Positions 37,920 to 47,020 of a stretch of DNA of 64,000 nt are shown here, piece by piece (position 1 is the stretch's first letter; every line of letters starts with the position of its first letter). The notes beneath the pieces are model-generated. The model was not told the origin of the DNA. It ran no database searches and worked only from the letters and a program-made list of their open reading frames with translations. Where the stretch lies: positions 2,676 through 66,675 of the IMG/VR virus record IMGVR_UViG_3300030329_003597. One strand, 5' to 3'. The DNA is from a virus. The translations under genes were made by a program, and so were the position numbers.

Positions 37920-37927
37920 TAAATTTG
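37920..37927 (+). promoter_or_regulatory. late promoter -7 box, TAAATTTG
   Basis: Intergenic consensus match before the ejection-protein genes. Confidence 0.55.
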
Positions 37928-37960
37928 TAGTAATATGGATAAAACAAAAAACACTATAGT

Positions 37961-39340
37961 ATGATAGGTTGGGCAGCTTTAGCGGGTCAATTAATTGGCG
38001 CTGGAATAAACTATTTTGGCGGTCAGTCACAAGCTGCAGATGCTGAAAAAATGTACCAGCGTGGTAGACAAGATCTATTAGCGGCATCAAGACCTACTCA
38101 GGCTTTACTTGATTCAGTAGCTGAAGGTAAATCTATGGCTGCTGAAGCTGGGAGAACAGGGAGAGAGCAGTTAGATTCATCAGTATCTTCATTATTAGAT
38201 GCCCTTCAATCAGGAGATCAATCAGCAATTGCTTCATTTCAATCTGCAATGCCTAATATAGCACAAACATCGCAGGGTCTAGAGATGACTACAGCGCAGA
38301 ATATTGCTACAGCAAATCAACCTCTTGTTGATGCTGAACAAAAAGTACGTGATACTTACTCTGCTTTAGCTCAAATGGATATAGAGCAAGGAGCGGCAGG
38401 ATATCAAGCTGGAACTCAAAGACAAATGGATGCGATAGGTTCTGCTGTAAATATGCCTATGGATTTAGCTGCTTTACAGGTTTCTAATCCTTCTGGTTAT
38501 TCACAGCTATTTGGGAAAGATGGTGTAAAAATAGACAGAGCAGACAGAGGGGCTTTGATAAATGAAGATGTTATTAAGGAATTGATTGGGGGTGGGTTAG
38601 TTTATACTGGAACTGGCGCAGAGGTGACTTCTTTTAGGGATATCATAGAGAAAGAAGCGGCTAAAAAAAGCGGAGAGGAAGAAGAAGAGGAAGAAGAGGT
38701 AGTAGAAGAAGGGAAAGAAGAACAACAATCTACACCTCATTCAGAAAGAATGAAACAAGTTAAAGAAACGGAGGGAGAGAGGAAAATAAGTGAACAGATA
38801 GAAAGAGAAAGAAGACAAGGTAAAGGTGTGACAGGTAGGGACGGTATTAAAATAGAAGATTACAATAGGGGCGGTGCTACAGATAAGCCTACGAGTAAAG
38901 AACTTAAAGGTGATATAGAACTACTAAAACTACAACTAGAAAAAGAAAAAGTTCAAAAAGAGCTTAGTTCTTATGCTATGGGTGGTAAAATAGAAGATTA
39001 CATGAGTGGAGGTAGTACTTTATCTCAGCTTCTTCGTCCTGGTCAAAGCTTTAAAACAGGAGGTAAAGAAGATCATGATGTACAAGAGTACGATATATCA
39101 GATGCTGAAACAGGTGAAGTTGTTGCTAAAACCACTGGACAAGAAGATCATATGGTGAATGAAGATGGATCTCTTACTGTAATAAATAGTGAGCAGAACG
39201 AGTCTATCCATGATGCCTTTAAGGACATAGATGTAGAAATGGTTCTTAAAGCCTTAGAGAGGAACCCGCAAAAGAAAAACGTCAGGGAATTACTTTCAGC
39301 CCTTAATAAAGTCTTTAGACAAGAACAATTTCAGTCGTAA
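37961..39340 (+). CDS. putative ejection/internal virion protein 1
   Basis: Gly/Ala-rich amphipathic N-terminus; helical A/Q-rich body; repeated GG motifs. Confidence 0.65.
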   Translation: MIGWAALAGQLIGAGINYFGGQSQAADAEKMYQRGRQDLLAASRPTQALLDSVAEGKSMAAEAGRTGREQLDSSVSSLLDALQSGDQSAIASFQSAMPNIAQTSQGLEMTTAQNIATANQPLVDAEQKVRDTYSALAQMDIEQGAAGYQAGTQRQMDAIGSAVNMPMDLAALQVSNPSGYSQLFGKDGVKIDRADRGALINEDVIKELIGGGLVYTGTGAEVTSFRDIIEKEAAKKSGEEEEEEEEVVEEGKEEQQSTPHSERMKQVKETEGERKISEQIERERRQGKGVTGRDGIKIEDYNRGGATDKPTSKELKGDIELLKLQLEKEKVQKELSSYAMGGKIEDYMSGGSTLSQLLRPGQSFKTGGKEDHDVQEYDISDAETGEVVAKTTGQEDHMVNEDGSLTVINSEQNESIHDAFKDIDVEMVLKALERNPQKKNVRELLSALNKVFRQEQFQS

Positions 39341-41367
39341 TGGCGAATACACCAGGACCAATATATACGGGGTCAGGAGTACCCCTAAAAGGATTTGATA
39401 AGCTTATAGAAGCATCTATAGCTGGCGCTACTAATCAGCAAAGGAATGCTTTAGCTCTTCAGAGATCTCGTGAAGCTCAAAGAAATAGAATAGAAAAGAC
39501 ATTAAATGATGTATATGAAACTTCGGGACAAGAACTTGCCCCCTCTCTAAGGCCTTTTTGGGGGGAGTATGTAAATACGCTAGAGCAGCAGATGCAAAAT
39601 ATGCAGTTTCTTGACGGAACTCCTATAGAAACTATATCTGACGGTCAAAGGCTGCTTAGAGAAGCTCTTGCTTTTTATGATGAGCTTGAAGGTTATAACC
39701 ATTTTGAAGGTGATTATACGGGAGAAGAAAATATAAAATATTTAAATAGCCTAATAGGAAATCCTGAAAAAATAGCAGACTTAGAAAAAAATGCTCCAGT
39801 AGATGAGATATATAATCTTTATGATGAGAAGGAGGCTAATAGTCAATTAGCTCAAATGCAAGCTTACGCAGATTATGGATTTATGGGGGTAAAAGGAGAA
39901 GAGTTTGCAGATGGTACCTACATAAATGGTGGGTATAAAAATTATGGTAGAATAGATTATTCTACTGGAGTGCCTCATATGGTTATAACAAAACCTAATG
40001 GAATTGTTAGCAGTTCATCTCCACAACAATTTATTGAAGGTGAAACATATCTTACTGGTATTTCTATATATGGCCCAAATAATGCCGCTTTATTTAGTTT
40101 AGATAGGTTTAAGACTGATAGAGCTGCTATGACATTAGAAGCTGTCGGGCAGGAGTATCTACAGCCAATAGTTGAAGACGATAGAAAAGGTTTAGGGTGG
40201 TCTGAAGCATATGCTCAACAACACATTGATAACGTTATAAGAGATCCTGGTAAAAACGGTCAAAATGCTAGGTATGCTATGCTTGACTATTATAGATCTA
40301 GAAATCCAAACTTCTTAAACGAAGATCAGTGGCGTGGCTTCCTCTACAATCAACCTGAACTAGCATTTGGAAAAGACGACAAGGGTAAAACATTAGCTAC
40401 TCAGCCTGAACTTAATAATCTTCAAAAAAAGTATGAATCAATACTTAACAATGAAGATATGCGTCGTCAAATTATTAAGGGTAGTAACTACGATAGATTA
40501 ATTGCTGCTGACACAAAAGAAGATGAAAGGCAGCAAGGGTTGGAGAATACATTAGCTACAATGACTACAACTAACCCTAACGATATATTCTCTCTTGATC
40601 AAGTCTCTGATTTAATCAATAGCGGAAAACTTCTTATGGGTCAGGATGAAGCTGATGCATTTAATGGTGCCTATGCAAGGCTTCTTGCTAGAAATTACGC
40701 TACATTAGCTGGCGAAATAAGTCCACAGACTGAGTTCGCTGATATATTGATGGTGTCAGGCCCTTCATTTGCATTAGTTGGAACTCAACCAGATTCAGAT
40801 GCTGGTGTTACAAGACAATTCATAGAAAACTTTGAAAGCGGCGCAAGTCATCTACCTCAAACGATAGGTAATTTTGCGGTGAACATGAAGGGTTCTACTG
40901 AATATCAATTCTCACCACAAGACGGTGTTGAAGGTGGTGTAGACAATGTATTCTTTACAACAGATAATAACGGAAAGGTTAAGATTGGGGTTTCTTTAAA
41001 TAAGAGTGGAATAACAGGATATGGTGTAAGTTCTTCAGGAAAGGAAATTAAACCACTTGAAGGTAATATTCAATTCCAAGCTGGCGATCCATGGTTTAGC
41101 ATAGGCACAGAGTCAGATGGATCGAACTTTTTAGTAGACCAAGGAAGACTCGAACCTCAATCGACATTATTAAATAAAAATTATGGAACTGGTTCCCCAG
41201 ATTTAGTATTCTATTTCGATCCTACTAATCCTTCTGATATGTTTAGATTAGAGCAGTTAGGAAGTAAGCTAGATGAATTCTATGGATATAAAGGTCAAAA
41301 GTTTACTAATTCAATAAATGAAAACTTAGGCTATACGTTAAATGCTATGTTTGCTAAAACTCAGTAA
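39340..41367 (+). CDS. putative ejection/internal virion protein 2
   Basis: 675 aa; position between muzzle and the large virion protein. Confidence 0.6.
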   Translation: MANTPGPIYTGSGVPLKGFDKLIEASIAGATNQQRNALALQRSREAQRNRIEKTLNDVYETSGQELAPSLRPFWGEYVNTLEQQMQNMQFLDGTPIETISDGQRLLREALAFYDELEGYNHFEGDYTGEENIKYLNSLIGNPEKIADLEKNAPVDEIYNLYDEKEANSQLAQMQAYADYGFMGVKGEEFADGTYINGGYKNYGRIDYSTGVPHMVITKPNGIVSSSSPQQFIEGETYLTGISIYGPNNAALFSLDRFKTDRAAMTLEAVGQEYLQPIVEDDRKGLGWSEAYAQQHIDNVIRDPGKNGQNARYAMLDYYRSRNPNFLNEDQWRGFLYNQPELAFGKDDKGKTLATQPELNNLQKKYESILNNEDMRRQIIKGSNYDRLIAADTKEDERQQGLENTLATMTTTNPNDIFSLDQVSDLINSGKLLMGQDEADAFNGAYARLLARNYATLAGEISPQTEFADILMVSGPSFALVGTQPDSDAGVTRQFIENFESGASHLPQTIGNFAVNMKGSTEYQFSPQDGVEGGVDNVFFTTDNNGKVKIGVSLNKSGITGYGVSSSGKEIKPLEGNIQFQAGDPWFSIGTESDGSNFLVDQGRLEPQSTLLNKNYGTGSPDLVFYFDPTNPSDMFRLEQLGSKLDEFYGYKGQKFTNSINENLGYTLNAMFAKTQ

Positions 41368-41372
41368 TAGAT

Positions 41373-44300
41373 ATGGACGAAGAAGAAATTTTACAATACA
41401 TTCAAGATCAGCGTGACAGCGGAGTAGACGACGATAAAATCGGTATGCAGCTGCAGATGAAAGGTGTTGCTGATTTTGACACGTACTTAAAAAAAAAAGA
41501 CGATACTTCGATCTCGCCCTCTGCTTCGGAAGGGGAAGGTACGGAATCAGAGCAGATTACAAGTCAGCAAACAGGACAAGGAGCTGGTTCTTCGGTTGTA
41601 CCTGTAACTCAAGATGATCCTACTGTAAATACTATTGCTAGCGGCGAGCAAGACTCGTCTACTAATTCTATTACTGGTCAGGTAATAACTCCTTGGACAG
41701 ACACCCCTGAAAATAGAGCGAGATTAGAGATCGATCCAATGCATTATGACGGTTTTCAAAAGGGTGCATTTATAAAAACTATGGAGGTGTTAGATCCACA
41801 GTATATAACGCCAGAGATAGAGACATACTTTCATAATTTCGTTTCATCTAACGACTGGTGGTGGAATTCAGTAGGGGCTAATGTCAATGGTATAGCTGAA
41901 GAGCTTGCAAAAAATGAAGAATATCTATCTGCAAACGACATAAGCGTTCCTATGTTGGGAACACCAGTAGCAAGTCCTTATGGAGCTTATGCTCCACCTC
42001 GTAGTGAAGAGGATATAATGTTTGATAAAGTTGCTGCTGTAAAAAAACTTTTAACGCAAAATATTAATGACAGTGCTGTAGATCTTTTACAATCTAGAAT
42101 GCCTGCTGATATAAAGGAGAGCAAAGAAGCGCAGTTATATATGGAGCAATTTATGTTAGAAAATTATGGGGCGATGCTAGATCTAACTGGGGAAGGCGAA
42201 ATAGGTAATACTCCTTTTCTTCAGTTTGATGGGTGGCAACCTAGCACATATTATGGCGCTGCAGGTGGCCCAGGATTTAGGCCTAAATTTTCTGGGTATT
42301 TGGTAGATAGATATGATGCTGCAGGTATTGATTTAATAAATGGAATTTATAATTTCTTTGGTGGGGATGCGAAAACAGTAGTTGAAAATCGAGAGATTGC
42401 TGAAAAAATACGTGCTAATACGCTTCAGTTTGAAACTACTATGGTTGGCAGTTTTACAGATGGAGAGTTTTTGAGAGGGTTAAAACAAATGACAGGATTT
42501 GTAGCTGAAGCGACCCCAGTTATGTCAATATTAATACCAACTGCTACAGTTACTACAGTTGCTACTGGTGGGGTTGCTGCTCCATGGTGGGTTACGGCGG
42601 GCCTAATAGGTTTAGAAGGAGCAACATTAAGTACAACAATTGAAGCCGCTAGAACTCGTGAACACCCTATGTTTAAGAGGTATACGAAAGATGGGGTGAC
42701 TATAGGGTATTATGAAATGATGGAGGCTACTGGTGGTGATCCAGAGCTTATGGCTCAGTATGAATACAGCTTTGATGATTCAGCAAGATTAGGTCACTTA
42801 AGTACTGTCTTTGGAACTGACTTTGTTGCTTCAGGAGTTACATCATTCTTTTTCTTTAAAGCATTAAAAGGCGCTACAACTCCAAAAAATATAGGGCCTA
42901 ATATGAATAGCTGGTGGAATGCTCACCTTGCAAATATGGGTTATTCTGTACCTATTAATAGCGTAACTTCTTCTACCGCAGCTATGGTTCAATATATGAG
43001 TTTGAATCCAGATGCCACTCAAGAAGAAGTTTTTGAAGTTGGATTAGATGTAGCCTTAGGTACTGTCCCTATAACGATAGGGATAACAGGGACTGGTTCT
43101 GCTATTAATTATGCTCATACAAAAGCTACAGTAGCAAATGCTTTAGCTAGAGACGCAGTTGGAAGAAATGGTGGTAATGTTAAAATACATCAACAGCGTA
43201 AAGTGCTTTTAGAAACAATAAGAAAAAGCAAAGATCCAAATAGCGCTGAAGCAATAGCGGCTGAAAGGATGTTGGTTGATTTAGAAGAACAAAGACTCAG
43301 CACTATGACTACTGATGAAAACTTCTATTTGAATATGGATCCAGAAGATTATCATGCTATTGTGGATTTACATAGGAGTTATAATAGTAAACTTCGTCAA
43401 TTAAATCAGCTTGATGATCCTGACTCACCTATAGGTAGAGCCTTACAAAAAGAGCTAAATGAAAATATACAATTAAGGCAAAATATAGAAAAGCTTTATG
43501 AGACGGACCCTGTTGTAGATGCAGATCCTACTTCACCTAAGCCAGATATATTTCAACCTACTATCGAAGGGCCTGATGGGAAGCCAGTACCATTATCATT
43601 TACACCTGGACTATCTAAGTGGTGGTACGTTGAATTCTTTGATAAGTACGGTGATGTAAACATGCTACAAAGAAGTATTATGGAGGCTTTGGACACTGAA
43701 AACCAAGGTGCAAGACTTTCTTTAATGCAAGATTTTGAAGTGTTACAAAAGCTGTCTACCTCAAAAGCCGCTCATCAAATAGAAGAGATGGTAAATCTAA
43801 GATCTCAAGATGGTGGGCTGATAGATCAACTAAGGATTCTACAAAAAAATACACCTCAAGACCTTTATCAAAATCTACCAGAGGTATACTCTAAAGATAT
43901 TATAGGCCTTTATGATAGGTGGGCTGTTTCAAAATTTGCTCCAGAAAGAAACAAGCAAATACTTGCTGATAATAAAACGGAACTTAATGCTTTAAAAGCA
44001 AAAGAAAAGCCAACTTCTGCAGACAAGAAACGAATGGCTTTTCTTGAAGAGAAAATTGCAGAAAGAAGAGGTAGTGGTATGGCTGATGAAGAAGCTGCAG
44101 ACTTCTTAAATTCTTTACCTGAAGATTTGAAATTAGCTTTTGAAAAAGTTAGGGAGGAACACAGATCTATTCAGCAAAACACTAGAGACGCTGCTTTAGA
44201 GTATGGCTTTATAGATCAAGCTATGTACAATAAGCTTCAAGCTAACGCTGAAAACTACGTAACTCTTACTGGTGACGGCATGAAGTCTGTTGATGGTAGT

Positions 44301-46586
44301 ATATCTCTAATTGATAATGATATAGTAGCATCTATCTTCCCACAAAAGTCTCAACAAGGGGGTGTACCTGATGGTTTAAGAAAAGCTTCTGGTCGTAGCG
44401 ATGAAACAGGTAGTATATTAGGCAAGACTATAGATCAAAATACACAGATACATATAGCAGGGCAAAAGAATGTGGCTCTTAGGGGGTTGTACGAGATGCT
44501 GCTAAACAATCCAAACTCTAAACATTATTCTATATCTGACCAAGGTAACTCGTCAGCTAAAAATACAGTAATGGTTTACGTAGATGGTCAACAAAAGTTC
44601 ATCACGTTTGCTAACGAGGCATACGCAAAACCTTTTAAGACTCAAGCCCCTAGCGATAATGAAGCATACGTTAGGTGGGTTCAACCTATGCAGAGGTTAT
44701 TTAGTAATATACCAAAGATGTATACCCAATGGTCTACTTCATTCTGGGCAGGTAATAGTGCAAGAGACTTTCAAGGTTCTTTAGTAAACGCAATAAGTGC
44801 AGCAGAAAAAAAGTTTGGGTATGCTTTATATAACGCTGAAGGCAAACCTATAAATATAAAACAATTAGCAAAAGACTCTCACCTTGTAGGTAGAGGTGAA
44901 TTCTTTAAAGCTTTTAAAGCTATTGCAGCCGATGAGTTTGGCCCTGGAAATAATTATAGGGGTGCAGATAATGCGCTATATCAAGAATATAAAGCTCACG
45001 GAGGAAAAACTGGTTGGGCTTTTAGAACACCTTTAGAAGATCTTCAAAAAACATTACAAAGAGAAGTTGATTCTGGAGTAAAGGGTCAGAAAGCAACAGA
45101 GTGGATGTATAAAAATACATTTGGCCTTATTGAGTCTTTTAATAATACATTTGAAAACGCTTTTAGATTTCAAGTATATAAAGGTTTAAGAAATCAAGGT
45201 GTTGCCCCAGACTATGCCGCAGCTGTAGCAAAAGATGTAAGTATAGACTTTAATAGATCGGGTAATACTACCCCGATGTTAAGCTCTATGAAGTTCTTCT
45301 TAAACGCTAGTTTGCAAGGTGCTGACATGACTGTACAAACTAGTACTGCATTAAGACCTAAAGTAGATTTTGAGGGTAATGTAAGGAACCCTTGGCAGAG
45401 GATGACAAATTCTCAAAAAATTCTTGGAGGAGCTGTTGGGTTTACCTACATGTTAACTCAATGGAACCAAGGCGTTAGTGAAATAGATGATGATGGAGTT
45501 TCTTTTTACGACAAAATACCTGATCAAGTAAAACAAAGAAATCTTATTATTATGCATCCTGGATCTCCAACTGGGGAAAGAACTCTTATCCCTAAGTGGT
45601 ATGGATTTGGCACGTTCAATGATATGGGAATGATGATAGCTGAGGTTCAAAGCGGTGAAAGAAGCGCTAGTGATGCAGCTTGGTTTTGGGCTTCTTCTAC
45701 TGTAACAAATATGTCGCCAGTACACTTTGGAGGTGTAGCTAGCGAAGAAGATCCTACAAAAGGTGTAGATCCAGTAGATCAGCCAGGACTTGTTATCGGG
45801 GCGTTATCTCAAGTAGATCCTTTAGCTCCTATTATTGATGTTGCTACTAATGTAGATGGTTTTGGTAATCAAATAGCTGCAGAAGATAAACCTGGAGAAG
45901 CTAGATCTTCTCAGGGGTATGATTCCCCAATAGTTCTTGAACAGATCGCTCAGGTTTTAAATTCAGCCACTGGTGGTAGCGATGAGGTGAGTGGTGATAT
46001 TGACTTCAATCCTGACAAATTAAATTACTTACTTCAAAATTATCTGGGTAGTACTTATATGATGTTTGGGGATGCTGCAGAAGGAATTTTAGAATTAGCA
46101 GCTGATCAAGACAATCTAGATACGTGGCCTATAATAAAAAAGTTCTATGATGAAGACTACGAAAAATCTGCTTATGGGAATTATTATTCAGCAAAACAAG
46201 TTGTAAATACATACTTGGCTGAATTTGGTAATATAGAAGATCTTCGTGAAAATAAAGATAAGCCTTTGCCGAGTCGTGACGAAAGACTAGCCGACTATGA
46301 AGCTGTAGAGGAAGAAGCGGGGAGTGCTAAACAGAGATATGGTTATGCTATGGCTATGGATGAAATATTTACAAAAATAGATGGTGATATGCAAGAGATA
46401 ACAGAAGCTAAAAAATTATTACAAAATAAACAAGACGCTTTAGAGTATCATATGTTCAATCTTGAAGTGGCAGATGAGTGGGGGGCGCTAGAAGATAAGA
46501 TATACAAACTAGAGCTAGCTGAAATGGAATTAATGGAAAACGCATTAAAACAATATTATAAATTTTACAGAAAACCTGAAGAATAA
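41373..46586 (+). CDS. large ejection protein with LPD38-like C-terminal region
   Basis: 1737 aa; hydrophobic segment near residue 400; ENAFRF..Y, AKDVSIDFNRSG, FFLNASLQG, IPKWYG motifs. Confidence 0.75.
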   Translation: MDEEEILQYIQDQRDSGVDDDKIGMQLQMKGVADFDTYLKKKDDTSISPSASEGEGTESEQITSQQTGQGAGSSVVPVTQDDPTVNTIASGEQDSSTNSITGQVITPWTDTPENRARLEIDPMHYDGFQKGAFIKTMEVLDPQYITPEIETYFHNFVSSNDWWWNSVGANVNGIAEELAKNEEYLSANDISVPMLGTPVASPYGAYAPPRSEEDIMFDKVAAVKKLLTQNINDSAVDLLQSRMPADIKESKEAQLYMEQFMLENYGAMLDLTGEGEIGNTPFLQFDGWQPSTYYGAAGGPGFRPKFSGYLVDRYDAAGIDLINGIYNFFGGDAKTVVENREIAEKIRANTLQFETTMVGSFTDGEFLRGLKQMTGFVAEATPVMSILIPTATVTTVATGGVAAPWWVTAGLIGLEGATLSTTIEAARTREHPMFKRYTKDGVTIGYYEMMEATGGDPELMAQYEYSFDDSARLGHLSTVFGTDFVASGVTSFFFFKALKGATTPKNIGPNMNSWWNAHLANMGYSVPINSVTSSTAAMVQYMSLNPDATQEEVFEVGLDVALGTVPITIGITGTGSAINYAHTKATVANALARDAVGRNGGNVKIHQQRKVLLETIRKSKDPNSAEAIAAERMLVDLEEQRLSTMTTDENFYLNMDPEDYHAIVDLHRSYNSKLRQLNQLDDPDSPIGRALQKELNENIQLRQNIEKLYETDPVVDADPTSPKPDIFQPTIEGPDGKPVPLSFTPGLSKWWYVEFFDKYGDVNMLQRSIMEALDTENQGARLSLMQDFEVLQKLSTSKAAHQIEEMVNLRSQDGGLIDQLRILQKNTPQDLYQNLPEVYSKDIIGLYDRWAVSKFAPERNKQILADNKTELNALKAKEKPTSADKKRMAFLEEKIAERRGSGMADEEAADFLNSLPEDLKLAFEKVREEHRSIQQNTRDAALEYGFIDQAMYNKLQANAENYVTLTGDGMKSVDGSISLIDNDIVASIFPQKSQQGGVPDGLRKASGRSDETGSILGKTIDQNTQIHIAGQKNVALRGLYEMLLNNPNSKHYSISDQGNSSAKNTVMVYVDGQQKFITFANEAYAKPFKTQAPSDNEAYVRWVQPMQRLFSNIPKMYTQWSTSFWAGNSARDFQGSLVNAISAAEKKFGYALYNAEGKPINIKQLAKDSHLVGRGEFFKAFKAIAADEFGPGNNYRGADNALYQEYKAHGGKTGWAFRTPLEDLQKTLQREVDSGVKGQKATEWMYKNTFGLIESFNNTFENAFRFQVYKGLRNQGVAPDYAAAVAKDVSIDFNRSGNTTPMLSSMKFFLNASLQGADMTVQTSTALRPKVDFEGNVRNPWQRMTNSQKILGGAVGFTYMLTQWNQGVSEIDDDGVSFYDKIPDQVKQRNLIIMHPGSPTGERTLIPKWYGFGTFNDMGMMIAEVQSGERSASDAAWFWASSTVTNMSPVHFGGVASEEDPTKGVDPVDQPGLVIGALSQVDPLAPIIDVATNVDGFGNQIAAEDKPGEARSSQGYDSPIVLEQIAQVLNSATGGSDEVSGDIDFNPDKLNYLLQNYLGSTYMMFGDAAEGILELAADQDNLDTWPIIKKFYDEDYEKSAYGNYYSAKQVVNTYLAEFGNIEDLRENKDKPLPSRDERLADYEAVEEEAGSAKQRYGYAMAMDEIFTKIDGDMQEITEAKKLLQNKQDALEYHMFNLEVADEWGALEDKIYKLELAEMELMENALKQYYKFYRKPEE

Positions 46587-47020
46587 TGAGTAAGAAAAAA
46601 ATAAAAGACACCAAGCTTGGCTCTTGGTTGGCAGAAAAAGCACCTCAAGTATTAGGTGTAGTAGGAGACCTTCTACCTGATAGCGGTGGATTAGGCATAG
46701 TAAAAAACCTTATTGATCAAGACCCGAAAGTAGATTCTGAAGAAGCTCAACGCATCATTGATGCAGAGGTTCGCTTTCAAGAGAACGTCACAGAGCGCTG
46801 GAAGGCTGATATGGGTAGTGATGTTAAGTTAGCTAAGATGATACGCCCAGTAACGCTTATATGCCTTATGGGTATGTTTATGATTACTATGTTTATAGAC
46901 AGTATGGATAACGTCGCATTTAACGTAAAGGACTCTTATGTATCTTTGCTTGAGCTACTTATGCTTACTGCTTTTGGTGCATACTTTGCTGGAAGAACTA
47001 TAGAAAAGAAATCTAAATAA
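46586..47020 (+). CDS. putative holin (GTA 3TM-holin-like)
   Basis: ERWKADM.SD..L.K.IRP followed by hydrophobic helices; AYFAGRTIEK end. Confidence 0.7.
   Translation: MSKKKIKDTKLGSWLAEKAPQVLGVVGDLLPDSGGLGIVKNLIDQDPKVDSEEAQRIIDAEVRFQENVTERWKADMGSDVKLAKMIRPVTLICLMGMFMITMFIDSMDNVAFNVKDSYVSLLELLMLTAFGAYFAGRTIEKKSK

Noticed and set aside
37935-37964. 9-codon uORF (MDKTKNTIV) overlapping the start of 37961
   Set aside because: Too short to distinguish from chance without ribosome profiling
37961-46586. Crassvirales-type virion RNA polymerase among the large genes
   Set aside because: No DxDxD catalytic motif in a plausible context; the largest protein looks LPD38-like
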